In this document: positions 1 to 7,951 of the stretch, one piece after another | Layout: every line of letters begins with the position of its first letter | How positions within the stretch are numbered: position 1 is the first letter of the stretch | Assembly: GCA_964395755.1 (NCBI GenBank) | Contig: CAYNBD010000001.1 | Span: 1 to 39,531, forward strand | Length of the DNA stretch: 39,531 nt | Origin: an uncultured Gammaproteobacteria bacterium | Lineage (GTDB): Bacteria; Patescibacteriota; Patescibacteriia; Patescibacteriales; CAYMCJ01 | Direction: 5' to 3' | Notes under the pieces: model-generated | Database searches by the model: none | The model's input: only the letters and a program-made list of their open reading frames with translations | What the model was told of the DNA's origin: nothing | Program-made: the position numbers and the translations under genes

Positions 1-184
1 TGGCCATTGCCCCACGCGAACGGACGAAGGGGTTAAGCGTTGCAACGAAACCGGAGATTGTCCGTTTGCAGGTAGCGCTTCTAGGGTCGGCAGGAGACCA
101 TCGCTGCGGAGCAGTGCCGCTAAGGCAAGACAAAGAGCGGGGAGAGCGAGCCTGGCGCCGTCAATGTTGAACATAGCGGAATAA
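1..184 (+). other. GC-rich (about 60 percent) segment truncated by the window edge: 3' end of a plus-strand structured RNA or CDS
   Basis: Markedly more GC-rich than neighbouring DNA. Several hairpins, e.g. CGGAC...GTCCG and GCGG...CCGC. Plus frame 2 is open from the edge to TAA at 182-184, and a minus frame is also open, as expected for GC-rich sequence. A plus-strand terminator follows at 213-253. Confidence 0.3.
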
Positions 185-212
185 AATTAAAATTATTGAG
201 CGGTGATAAAAG

Positions 213-253
213 AGCTGGTTTTGGTCTTAAAAACCCGAGCCAGCTGTTTTTTT
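213..253 (+). terminator. Intrinsic terminator-like hairpin plus T-run
   Basis: AGCTGG(TTT)...(GAG)CCAGCT stem followed by TTTTTTT at 247-253. Confidence 0.6.
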
Positions 254-284
254 ATCGTAAATAACAGGTAAGCAAAAACAAAAT

Positions 285-318
285 AAAAAAGCCGGGGCGG
301 AAGCCGCGGCTGGGTTTT
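285..318 (-). terminator. Intrinsic terminator of the 327-737 gene
   Basis: Minus strand reads AGCCGCGGCTTCCGCCCCGGCT hairpin followed by TTTTTTATTTT, 9 nt after the stop codon. Confidence 0.65.
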
Positions 319-326
319 GGCTGACA

Positions 327-737
327 TTATTCATCAGCTGGATCTATCTTTTTCAATCCCTTGGAAATTTTTTGCACCTCCTGCAGTTTTTTTTGGTAAC
401 CATCCAGGTGATCATTAATACAAGCAACTGCATGACCGTATAAGCACTTCACTATCTCCTTCACGCTCGGATTAGGCCTCCCGTCGCCCATATAACGAAA
501 ATCAACTGCGAACCAAAATTGATTTTTCAAAGGGTCTATGAAATTCATTTGAATCTCCGGGCCGTAGGGGCCATCGTTAAAAGACGTAAATGTTATATCG
601 AAATTCTCTACCAGGTCGGTCGCTTCTCCCAGGCGGTTTAAGATCATAAGGCAAGCGGTGACTAATTTTGTAACAATGTCCGCCCGTACTTGCGGATGCA
701 AAGCAATCTTTATTTTCCTCGCCCTTTCCCCTCCCAT
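327..737 (-). CDS. Hypothetical protein, 136 aa, no recognisable motif
   Basis: Intact ORF with AGGAGGA Shine-Dalgarno 4 nt upstream of ATG and its own terminator. It is a singleton on the minus strand. Confidence 0.55.
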   Translation of the reverse strand: MGGERARKIKIALHPQVRADIVTKLVTACLMILNRLGEATDLVENFDITFTSFNDGPYGPEIQMNFIDPLKNQFWFAVDFRYMGDGRPNPSVKEIVKCLYGHAVACINDHLDGYQKKLQEVQKISKGLKKIDPADE

Positions 738-851
738 AACATCCTCCTTTTGGTGCTTAGCGCCTTTAATTTCTATGCCGGTATTGACATAGATATTTTT
801 GTCTTAGCACGGCTCCGCGAAAAAATCAAGTTTTATATTAGGGCAAGACAC

Positions 852-881
852 TTGACAGCCAGGCTTTTATTGCTCTATTAT
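852..881 (+). promoter_or_regulatory. Sigma70-like promoter (TTGACA-18 nt-TATTAT)
   Basis: TTGACA at 852-857 and TATTAT at 876-881. It faces the hairpin RNA at 904-999 and is divergent from the 327-737 gene. Confidence 0.55.
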
Positions 882-887
882 ATTTAT

Positions 888-999
888 ATCTGTTCATGTC
901 GTCGGGGGGTAGCAGTTGTCATTAGCAGTTGCATTTAAATGCACGAAGTAAGCGATATGGACAGTCAAAGCCCATCCTGCTACCCCCCCCTTATTTTTT
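888..999 (+). ncRNA. Candidate small RNA: long irregular hairpin closed by a G6/C8 clamp, then a U-tract
   Basis: GGGGGGTAGCAG (904-915) pairs with CTGCTACCCCCC (978-989). There is an internal TGCATTTAAATGCA hairpin and TTATTTTTT at 991-999. No plus-strand CDS lies upstream; only the promoter at 852-881. Confidence 0.4.
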
Positions 1000-1002
1000 C
1001 TC

Positions 1003-1032
1003 AAAACACCTTTGCAAATCAGGTGTTTTTTT
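1003..1032 (+). terminator. Second hairpin plus T-run
   Basis: AAAACACC TTTGCAAATC AGGTGTTTTTTT. Confidence 0.55.
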
Positions 1033-1033
1033 G

Positions 1034-1062
1034 TTGACATCAGGCCGGTTTTGCGGTAAAAT
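1034..1062 (+). promoter_or_regulatory. Near-consensus sigma70 promoter (TTGACA-17 nt-TAAAAT)
   Basis: TTGACA at 1034-1039 and TAAAAT at 1057-1062, about 75 nt upstream of the ATG at 1137. Confidence 0.7.
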
Positions 1063-1136
1063 ATAAACAGGTAATTGGAAGGTTGCCTAATTATTTTTTG
1101 TGAAAAATTTAAGCTAATATTAGATAAAATAAAAGT

Positions 1137-1781
1137 ATGATTATCAGTTGGTTAGGACAATCTTGTTTTAAAATCCAGGACAAAGTCGGGCCGGACGGAG
1201 TGACGGTCGTGACCGACCCGTTTGAAAAGAGCATCGGGCTGAAACCGCCCGGTTTCGAGGCCGATATCGTCACGGTCAGCCATGACCATTATGACCACAA
1301 TAACGTTCAGGCCGTGCGCGGCAATCCTTTTGTTATCAGGAGCGCGGGCGAGTATGATATCAAGGGCGTGATGGTTGAAGGCGTGGAAGCTTACCATGAC
1401 GGCAAACAGGGAGCGGAGCGGGGCAAGAACATTATTTACCGGATTGAGCTGGATGATATTACCGTGGCCCATTTAGGGGATTTGGGCCATATTTTGGACA
1501 ACAAGCAATTGGAAAGATTGTCCGGGGTGGACATTTTGTTAGTGCCGGTGGGAGGGAAATATACCGTGGACGCCAAAAAAGCGGTGGAAGTGGTTTCCCA
1601 GATTGAACCGCGCATTGTGATTCCCATGCACTATAAAATCAAGGGCCTGAAAGTTGATCTTGAGCCGGTGGACAAGTTCGTTAAGGAACTGGGCCTGAAG
1701 CCGACTTATGAGGAAAAGCTGAAAATCAGTAAGCGGGATTTGCCCCAGGAAGACATGGAGCTGGTGGTGTTGAGCGTGTAA
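1137..1781 (+). CDS. Metallo-beta-lactamase-fold metal-dependent hydrolase (UPF0173/UlaG-like)
   Basis: N-terminus MIISWLGQSCFKI, HxHxDH motif (VSHDHYDHNN), later HLGDLGH and PMHY. Confidence 0.8.
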   Translation: MIISWLGQSCFKIQDKVGPDGVTVVTDPFEKSIGLKPPGFEADIVTVSHDHYDHNNVQAVRGNPFVIRSAGEYDIKGVMVEGVEAYHDGKQGAERGKNIIYRIELDDITVAHLGDLGHILDNKQLERLSGVDILLVPVGGKYTVDAKKAVEVVSQIEPRIVIPMHYKIKGLKVDLEPVDKFVKELGLKPTYEEKLKISKRDLPQEDMELVVLSV

Positions 1782-1785
1782 CTTG

Positions 1786-1815
1786 TAACGCATAACGTGG
1801 AACATGGAACATTTT
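1786..1815. repeat. Stuttered-word spacer (TAACG x2, GGAACAT x2)
   Basis: GTAACGCATAACGTGGAACATGGAACAT directly after the stop codon. Confidence 0.6.
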
Positions 1816-1854
1816 GGTTATTTAATAAGAAGAAGTTGGATAATGGTTTAATAT

Positions 1855-1876
1855 CTCCCTCCTTACGAAGGAGGAG
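1855..1876 (+). terminator. Hairpin CTCCCTCCTT-ACG-AAGGAGGAG, possible terminator
   Basis: 7 bp perfect stem followed by a T-rich stretch. Confidence 0.4.
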
Positions 1877-1932
1877 TTAGGGGTGGTTTGGTTTATTATT
1901 AATCTTTTTACATAATTTTTAACATCATAATT

Positions 1933-2514
1933 ATGGCGAGGAGGAAAACAACAAAAAAAACAACTGCCAGGCAGGTTAAAGTCAGGGTGGAGAAAGGAAG
2001 CGCGGGCGGAAAGCGTGCCAACGCCGGGGTGAAGCAAGCAGAACTATTGGACATTAGCCGGGAATGGGAGAAAATGTCCGGGCTGGAAGAAGCGCCCGCA
2101 CCCGCGGAAATTAAGGGTTCCCGGCCGGACAGGCGCGGACGGGAAATGGCCGAGCAGGACAAAAAAGAATTCATGTGGGCCGTGGTCAGCTTTTTTATGA
2201 TTTTATTCATCGTTATTTGGGTTTTTAATTTAAAAAACGTTTTTAAGCCTACGGAAGAGGCCGCGACTGCAAATACTGAAAATAATGAAGGCGCGGTTGA
2301 CTGGAGCAAAGTCAGGGACGAGTTCAGCGCCACCATGGAAGAGATGCGCAACGCTTTTGACGAGTTTAACCAGGAGGTTGATAATTCAACGTCGACAGAG
2401 ACGCCGGCGGAAGAAAATATTAATAACGCTGTTCCGGCCGGCGGGGAAGAGAGCGGCAATGTTTCCGCGGAAGAAGTAAAAAAACTGGAAGATAAGCTGG
2501 AACAGGGGGAATGA
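1933..2514 (+). CDS. Hypothetical single-pass membrane protein, basic N-terminus and acidic C-terminus
   Basis: One hydrophobic segment (FMWAVVSFFMILFIVIWVF). No conserved motif recognised. Confidence 0.5.
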   Translation: MARRKTTKKTTARQVKVRVEKGSAGGKRANAGVKQAELLDISREWEKMSGLEEAPAPAEIKGSRPDRRGREMAEQDKKEFMWAVVSFFMILFIVIWVFNLKNVFKPTEEAATANTENNEGAVDWSKVRDEFSATMEEMRNAFDEFNQEVDNSTSTETPAEENINNAVPAGGEESGNVSAEEVKKLEDKLEQGE

Positions 2515-2581
2515 CACAATAAAAATGATAAAATAATTAAGTAAATTGGATTTATCACTTTATCAGTTATCTATATTGCTA

Positions 2582-2652
2582 CCCGTGGACGTCCTCGTCC
2601 ACCGGGCAACTGCCGTTGCCAACCGGAGGAGTGTCGGGGAGCTGGAGCTCCC
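2582..2652 (+). other. Cluster of three GC-rich hairpins in the gyrA leader
   Basis: CCCGTGGACG/CGTCCACCGGG (2582-2606), GGCAAC/GTTGCC (2605-2620), GGGAGCT/AGCTCCC (2637-2652). No U-tract. Confidence 0.45.
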
Positions 2653-2688
2653 TAACCAGCCATCTATTAGATTTTATTTAAAGATATT

Positions 2689-5460
2689 ATGGCGAAAAAA
2701 AAGACCGTCAAGAAAGTTAAGAAAAACCCAAAAAAGAAACCAACGGTGAAAAAAACCGCCCGGATTAAGGTTGCTAAAAAAGCAATCAAGCAGGCGGTTA
2801 AACCCAAAAAGCCGGCCGGTAAAATTGTTGAACCCGCGGTTAAGAAACCGGTTAAGCCGGTTGTTAAGAAATCCAAGGCAGTTCCGGTGAAGAAAATTTT
2901 GGCCGCTGTTCCGTCCCGACCCGTCGGGGAGGAAAAGAAACCAAAGAGCCCGGAGACGGAGGACAAACAGCCGGCCATGGCGGCCGCCAGGATCGTCAAC
3001 GGCAAGGAAAAAACCGCCTTCGGCCTGGTGGAGCCGCGGGCAATCGTAGAAGAGATGAATAAGTCGTATTTGGATTACGCCATGAGCGTGATTGTCAGCC
3101 GGGCCCTGCCGGATGTGCGCGACGGCCTAAAACCGGTACACCGCCGGATTTTATACGCGATGTGGAGCATCGGCCTTAGGCCGAGCGCGAAATTCAGAAA
3201 ATCCGCCACGGTCGTGGGTGAAGTTCTGGGCAAATACCATCCGCACGGCGATACCGCGGTTTACGATTCCATGGTCAGGATGGCCCAGGATTTTTCCCTG
3301 CGCTACCCCCTGGTGCGCGGCCAGGGCAATTTCGGTTCCATGGACGGCGACGGGGCCGCGGCCATGCGTTATACCGAGGCCAAGCTGGCGTCCATTGCCG
3401 AAGAATTATTATTTGACATTGAAAAAAATACGGTTGATTTCGCGCCTAATTTTGACGGCTCGCAAAAAGAGCCCCTGGTTTTGCCTTCCCGTTTGCCCAA
3501 CTTGCTTTTAAACGGCACCATGGGCATCGCAGTCGGCATGGCCACCAACATTCCGCCCCATAATCTGGGCGAGCTGGCCGGCGCCGTTACCCATTTGATT
3601 GACAAGCCGGAAGCGAGCGTGGAGGATTTGATGCAATACGTCCAGGGACCGGATTTTCCCACCGGCGGCGTTATTTATAACCGCCAGGACATTCTCCAGG
3701 CCTATGCCACCGGCAAGGGCGGGATCGTGATGCGCGGCCGGGCGGAAATCATAGAAACTAAAAGCGGCCTGTTCCAGATAATTATTACCGAGATTCCCTA
3801 CCAGGTGAACAAGGCCAGCTTAGTGGAGAAGATTGCCGAGCTGGTCAAGAACAAAAAACTGGAAGGCATCAAGGATTTGCGGGATGAATCGGACAAGGAA
3901 GGAGTGCGCATCGTGGTGGAACTCAAGAAAGACGCTTATCCAAAAAAAATACTGAATAGTTTATATAAACATACTCAGCTGCAGGAAATTTTCCACGTCA
4001 ATTCCCTGGCCCTGGTAGACGGCATCCAGCCCAAAGTGCTGACTTTGAAAATGATGCTGGAAGAATATATCAAGCACCGGGAAGAAGTGGTGCGGCGCCG
4101 GACCCAGTTTGATCTGGACAAAGCCCGGGACCGGGCCCATATCCTGGCCGGGCTGATGATCGCCCTAAACAAGATTGACGCCGTCATTAAGACCATCAAG
4201 GCCAGCCGCGACAAAGAGGTGGCGCGCAAGAATTTAATGCGCCAGTTTAAATTAACGGACAAGCAGGCGGTCGCCATCCTGGAAATGAAGCTGGCCACTT
4301 TGGCCAATCTGGAAAGGTTAAAAATAGAAACCGAACTCAAAGACAAGAAAAAATTAATTACGGAGCTGGAAGCGATTTTGAAATCCCGCGTCCGGATCAA
4401 GGGCATCATCAAGGAAGAATTGAAAGAGGTGGTAAGAAAGCACGGGGACGAACGCCGTACCAAAATCGTGGCGCACGGAGTCAAGGACATTTCCGTCGAA
4501 GACCTGGTGCCGAACGAGGAAACCATGGTAATGATGACCCGGGACGGCTATATCAAGCGCCTGTCGCCCGATACTTTCAAGGTGCAGGGCCGGGGCGGCA
4601 AAGGCGTCATTGGTTTAACCACTAAGGAAGAGGACATGGTTGAATTTTTATTTACTACCATGGCCCATAATGACATTTTGTTTTTTACCACCCGCGGCCG
4701 GGTATTCCAGCTCAAGGCCTATGAAATTCCCCAGGCTACCCGCACGGCCAAAGGCACGCCCATCGTTAATTTTCTCCAGCTTTTGGGCGAGGAAAGAATA
4801 ACTTCCATTCTGCCTTTGGATAAAATTTCCGCCAGCAAGTTTTTGTTTTTCGCCACGGAAAGAGGGCTGGTCAAGAAAGTGAAAATCGAGGCTTTCGCCA
4901 ATGTCCGGCGCTCCGGGCTGATTGCGATTAAAATCAGGCCGGAAGACAAGCTGATTTGGGCCAAGTCGACCGGCGGTAGCGACCACATTCAGCTGATTAC
5001 CGCCGGCGGGCAGGCGATCCGTTTTCGGGAAAGCGACGTCCGGGACATGGGTCGGAACGCGGCCGGGGTAATCGGCATTCGTCTGAAAAAGGACGATATC
5101 ATGGTTGGCATGGGGGTTATTAAGAGTGATAAGGAAAAATTAAAAAAATACCAGGTGTTAACGGTGATGGAGAACGGCTTTGGCAAGCGCACCCCCCTGA
5201 ATTTGTACAAAGTTCAGGGCCGGGGCGGCTCCGGCATCAAGACCGCCCGGGTAACGGCCAAGACCGGCAAGCTGACCAACGCTTTTGTCGTTAATGCCGA
5301 GAGCATGAAAGATAAGGACCTGATCGTAATTTCGGAAAAGGGCCAGGTAATCCGCCTGCCGTTTAAGACTGTGAACCAGACCGGGCGCGACACCCAGGGT
5401 GTGCGGGTAATGCGCTTTAAAAACGAGGGCGACAAAGTGGCGTGCGTGACGTGGACATAA
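2689..5460 (+). CDS. gyrA: DNA gyrase subunit A with an N-terminal lysine/proline-rich extension of about 96 aa
   Basis: [27 protein letters not shown]; catalytic Tyr in [10 protein letters not shown]; GyrA box QGRGGKG; six beta-pinwheel blades. Residues 1-96 are AKKK/KKPVKP repeats. An alternative ATG at 2977 would give a canonical-length protein. Confidence 0.95.
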   Translation: MAKKKTVKKVKKNPKKKPTVKKTARIKVAKKAIKQAVKPKKPAGKIVEPAVKKPVKPVVKKSKAVPVKKILAAVPSRPVGEEKKPKSPETEDKQPAMAAARIVNGKEKTAFGLVEPRAIVEEMNKSYLDYAMSVIVSRALPDVRDGLKPVHRRILYAMWSIGLRPSAKFRKSATVVGEVLGKYHPHGDTAVYDSMVRMAQDFSLRYPLVRGQGNFGSMDGDGAAAMRYTEAKLASIAEELLFDIEKNTVDFAPNFDGSQKEPLVLPSRLPNLLLNGTMGIAVGMATNIPPHNLGELAGAVTHLIDKPEASVEDLMQYVQGPDFPTGGVIYNRQDILQAYATGKGGIVMRGRAEIIETKSGLFQIIITEIPYQVNKASLVEKIAELVKNKKLEGIKDLRDESDKEGVRIVVELKKDAYPKKILNSLYKHTQLQEIFHVNSLALVDGIQPKVLTLKMMLEEYIKHREEVVRRRTQFDLDKARDRAHILAGLMIALNKIDAVIKTIKASRDKEVARKNLMRQFKLTDKQAVAILEMKLATLANLERLKIETELKDKKKLITELEAILKSRVRIKGIIKEELKEVVRKHGDERRTKIVAHGVKDISVEDLVPNEETMVMMTRDGYIKRLSPDTFKVQGRGGKGVIGLTTKEEDMVEFLFTTMAHNDILFFTTRGRVFQLKAYEIPQATRTAKGTPIVNFLQLLGEERITSILPLDKISASKFLFFATERGLVKKVKIEAFANVRRSGLIAIKIRPEDKLIWAKSTGGSDHIQLITAGGQAIRFRESDVRDMGRNAAGVIGIRLKKDDIMVGMGVIKSDKEKLKKYQVLTVMENGFGKRTPLNLYKVQGRGGSGIKTARVTAKTGKLTNAFVVNAESMKDKDLIVISEKGQVIRLPFKTVNQTGRDTQGVRVMRFKNEGDKVACVTWT

Positions 5461-5510
5461 AAAAATAAGAAAAATAAGAAAAATAAGAACGAGAAGAATC
5501 AGGAATCAGG
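5461..5510. repeat. Tandem AAAAATAAG x3 followed by AACGAGAAGAATCAGGAATCAGG
   Basis: Read directly. 5480-5499 is identical to the reverse complement of 6717-6736. Confidence 0.85.
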
Positions 5511-5537
5511 GTTGTTTAATACAATTGACAGTTATTT

Positions 5538-5619
5538 GTCATTGCGAGGATCCCCGACCGAACGAAGCGGGTGTCGGGGGACGAAGCAATCTCTATTTTG
5601 CATTTAGGTGATTTTAAAG
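5538..5619 (+). repeat. Dispersed element copy 1: GTCATTGCGAGG - variable GC hairpin - CGAAGCAATCTCT - ATTTAGGTGATTTTAAAG
   Basis: It shares both flanks and the 18 nt tail module with the minus-strand copy at 38107-38192. Its inner hairpin CCCCGAC/GTCGGGG is unique to this copy. Confidence 0.8.
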
Positions 5620-5625
5620 TATAAA
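5598..5625 (+). promoter_or_regulatory. Candidate promoter (TTGCAT-16 nt-TATAAA) partly built from the repeat tail module
   Basis: TTGCAT at 5598-5603 and TATAAA at 5620-5625, 32 nt upstream of the ATG at 5658. Confidence 0.4.
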
Positions 5626-5657
5626 TGTGAAGGCTAATATAATAATTTAATAAAACT

Positions 5658-6059
5658 ATGGTGGAAAATTTAAAACAATCAATGGAGGGAAAAGCACAAG
5701 AATCCCCCGAAGACCGGCTGCGCCGCATTGCCGCGGAAATTGATGACATCGTGGCTGACCATGAGGGAGCGATAGAGTCGGGTAAATCAGGGGCGGAGAC
5801 GGAAGCCAGACAAAAGTATGGCCGTCCTTCCCTGGAAGAAGAGCATAGTCTGCAATTGGTAAACACCTGGGTACCAGCATTAAAAGAATTAGCCGTGCGC
5901 AAAGATCTTAATTCTGGGTTGGTTGAAATGATAAAAGAGAAAGCCCAAATCGCGGCCGGCGCCTTGGAAAAGTTGGGTTTGGTTGGCCGGCTTGACTCCG
6001 AAAACAGGAGCTGGCTGGAAGGGTTTGTCGCCAGAAAGCTGGAAGATCAACGCAAATAA
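5658..6059 (+). CDS. Hypothetical protein, 133 aa
   Basis: Intact ORF with coding-like composition. No motif recognised. Confidence 0.5.
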   Translation: MVENLKQSMEGKAQESPEDRLRRIAAEIDDIVADHEGAIESGKSGAETEARQKYGRPSLEEEHSLQLVNTWVPALKELAVRKDLNSGLVEMIKEKAQIAAGALEKLGLVGRLDSENRSWLEGFVARKLEDQRK

Positions 6060-6096
6060 AAGACAACGATTAATCCCCTATAACCTTTTATACTCC

Positions 6097-6125
6097 TTGA
6101 CAATGCCGGGGAGATGTGCTAACCT
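6097..6125 (+). promoter_or_regulatory. Candidate promoter (TTGACA-17 nt-TAACCT)
   Basis: TTGACA at 6097-6102 with a weak -10 at 6120-6125. Confidence 0.35.
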
Positions 6126-6231
6126 ATGGTCATAATTAATTTAAGTGTTTTGTCAAACTTATTTTAAACTTTTCATTTAGCAGGAATTGATTTTAAACAT
6201 TAAGTTAAACAAAACCAAAAAAGTCATTAAA

Positions 6232-6411
6232 ATGGACAAAGATCAAAGATCTGACCAGGGTAATTCCTTTGGCCAGCGCCCGATGCATCAGGGAAAATGG
6301 CAGTGTGCCGGCTGTGGAGCCGAGATCACCGAATTGCCGTTTGAGCCTGACGGGCAGAGACCGATTTTCTGCCGCGATTGCTATCGCCAGAAAAGAGGCA
6401 ACCGTTTTTAA
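6232..6411 (+). CDS. Small CxxC...CxxC zinc-ribbon protein, 59 aa
   Basis: WQCAGCGAEITELPFEPDGQRPIFCRDCY is a two-CxxC knuckle pattern, like the CxxC-x17-CxxC domain common in CPR. I prefer the ATG at 6232 over the TTG at 6187. Confidence 0.6.
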   Translation: MDKDQRSDQGNSFGQRPMHQGKWQCAGCGAEITELPFEPDGQRPIFCRDCYRQKRGNRF

Positions 6412-6475
6412 AACAATATTAGTTTAGATAAACTATTTTGTTGTTCACTGATGATTTCTTTGAACATTGACGGAT

Positions 6476-6517
6476 AAAAAAACACCCGCCCCGGTAAAAC
6501 CGGAGCGGGTGTTTTTT
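6476..6517 (+). terminator. Intrinsic terminator
   Basis: ACACCCGC(C)CCGG TAAAA CCGG(A)GCGGGTGT followed by TTTTTT. Confidence 0.8.
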
Positions 6518-6633
6518 GACACTTTTTTGAAATTTTGCTAAGCTGTTATAACGTTTAAATAATTAACGGAATTTGCGTGTTTAATGTGCTGTACGGTATA
6601 TAAGTTTGGGTGTTCTGAATACTAATGAAGATG

Positions 6634-6737
6634 AAAGAAAAATAAGAGAAATAAGAAAAATAAAAAAATAAGAATGGTTAACCTACTTGCTCTTTTTATT
6701 CTTATTTTTCTTCTCGTTCTTCTCGTTCTTATTTTTT
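6634..6737. repeat. Imperfect palindrome built from AATAAGAA / GAACGAGAA words
   Basis: The left arm GAAAGAAAAATAAGAGAAATAAGAAAAATAAAAAAATAAGAA faces the right arm CTTTTTATTCTTATTTTTCTTCTCGTTCTTCTCGTTCTTATTTTTT. The same word family occurs at 5461-5510 and 27134-27208. Confidence 0.85.
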
Positions 6738-6776
6738 ATACCCTGGCATTCTGAATGCGTAATTTCTACTGCAAAT

Positions 6777-7742
6777 ATGAAAAAAATAATAATTTTAATT
6801 TCGGTGGTGGTAGTTTTGATTATCGGTTATAAGGTGGTTGACATAATGATGCCCCAAAACAAAATTATTTCCCCGGAAGAAGCTCGGGCCAAAGCCGAGA
6901 ATTTTATCAATGATAATTTAATGTCGCCCGGCACTTCGGCAACGGTCAAAGACGTGACTGACGAGGGCGATCTTTACAAGGTAGTGGTGTCGGTCGGCGA
7001 TCAGGACATCGATTCCTACATCAGCAAGGACGGCTCCAAGTTTTTTCCCCAGGCCCTGGAGATGCCGGCGGAAAGCCCGGAGCAATCCGCTGCCGCCCAG
7101 ACACAAGCCAGCGGCGCTAAAGTAGCGGTTCAAACCGACCGGCCGGTAGTGGAACTTTTCGTTATGAGCTACTGCCCTTACGGCACCCAGATAGAAAAAG
7201 GCATTTTGCCGGTTTTGGAAACCCTGGGTGATAAAATTGATTTTCAGTTGAAATTTTGCGACTATGCCATGCACGGCCAGCAAGAACTGAATGAAGAGCT
7301 TAACCAGTATTGTATCCAAAAGGAAGAGCCGGGCAAGCTGCTTGGATATTTAAGCGCTTTTTTGGAAGCGGGCGATTCCGGGGCGGCTTTAAGCCAGGCC
7401 GGCATTGACGCATCTAAAATCAATGTCTGCATCGCCGCCACCGACCAGAAGTTTAAAGTTACCGAGAAATATAATGACCAGACTACCTGGAGGGGCAGTT
7501 ACCCGGTATTTGACGTTGACAAAAGCGATAACGTCAAATACGGCGTCGGCGGTTCCCCTACCCTGGTTATCAACGGCCAAGAGGTCTCAAGCGGCCGGAG
7601 CCCAGCCGCCCTGTTGTCGACTATCTGTTCCGCTTTTAATGAAGCGCCGGCGGTCTGCGGGCAAAACCTTGCTACCGCTACCCCGGCTCCGGGCTTTGGT
7701 TATGATACGACCACCGGCAGCGCTTCCGGCAGCTGTAATTAA
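6777..7742 (+). CDS. Membrane-anchored thioredoxin-fold (DsbA/GILT-like) protein
   Basis: N-terminal TM MKKIIILISVVVVLIIGY. VELFVMSYCPYGTQ motif (CPYG, single Cys), later QYC and NVC. The start was moved from 6687 because 6687-6776 is the word palindrome. Confidence 0.5.
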   Translation: MKKIIILISVVVVLIIGYKVVDIMMPQNKIISPEEARAKAENFINDNLMSPGTSATVKDVTDEGDLYKVVVSVGDQDIDSYISKDGSKFFPQALEMPAESPEQSAAAQTQASGAKVAVQTDRPVVELFVMSYCPYGTQIEKGILPVLETLGDKIDFQLKFCDYAMHGQQELNEELNQYCIQKEEPGKLLGYLSAFLEAGDSGAALSQAGIDASKINVCIAATDQKFKVTEKYNDQTTWRGSYPVFDVDKSDNVKYGVGGSPTLVINGQEVSSGRSPAALLSTICSAFNEAPAVCGQNLATATPAPGFGYDTTTGSASGSCN

Positions 7743-7763
7743 AAGATGAAAGTATAATATATA

Positions 7764-7790
7764 AAACAGTCTCGAGAACGGGGCTGTTTT
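7764..7790 (+). terminator. Hairpin plus T-run
   Basis: AAAACAGTCTC GAGAAC GGGGCTGTTTT, with G-U pairs. Confidence 0.5.
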
Positions 7791-7827
7791 ATGTTTAATT
7801 TTTATTTGTTATAATGTAATTAGTAAG

Positions 7828-7928
7828 AAATTGGTAATTTGGAAAATGTTAAACCCCTGTGATGAACACGGGGCAGACAGACGACAGGCCCAAATTACCA
7901 ATTACCAATTACCAATTTCAAATTACCA
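7828..7928. repeat. Word palindrome (ATTACCA/TGGTAAT words) around a GC hairpin
   Basis: AAATTGGTAATTTGG ... CCCCTGTG/CACGGGG ... CCAAATTACCAATTACCAATTACCAATTTCAAATTACCA. Confidence 0.8.
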
Positions 7929-7951
7929 GTTTTTATTTTTCTTATTTTTTT

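Noticed and set aside
690-938. 82 aa plus-strand ORF.
   Set aside because: It begins inside the 5' end of the minus-strand gene, runs across the predicted promoter and ends inside the hairpin RNA. Its translation is not protein-like.
904-990. Hairpin RNA as an SRP (4.5S) RNA.
   Set aside because: The size and G/C-clamped hairpin fit. However, the conserved domain IV elements (GGAA tetraloop, 3'-side GGAAGCAGC) are absent on either strand, so it is left as an unclassified sRNA candidate.
1152-5435. Numerous antisense or out-of-frame ORFs in the track inside real genes, e.g. 1152-1472, 1908-2558, 2667-3005, 3975-4526 and 4648-4986. The same applies later to 10023-11111, 15266-16404, 24168-25391, 29235-31121, 33014-33581 and 36868-37683.
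   Set aside because: They overlap genes with clear family motifs. Their translations are low-complexity or S/R/L-rich shadow frames with no motifs and no start signals.
5461-5510. Tandem short repeats (here and at 6634-6737, 16948-17110 and elsewhere) as a CRISPR array.
   Set aside because: The repeat units are only 5-9 nt, are degenerate and have no unique spacers. No cas genes are present.
6687-6776. N-terminal extensions proposed by the longest-ORF calls: 6687, 7859, 6187, 17117, 20888, 26294, 29139 and 36830.
   Set aside because: The extensions are encoded by word-repeat spacers, use TTG/GTG starts, or overlap the upstream gene. Internal ATGs give N-termini that match family expectations or have better RBS context.
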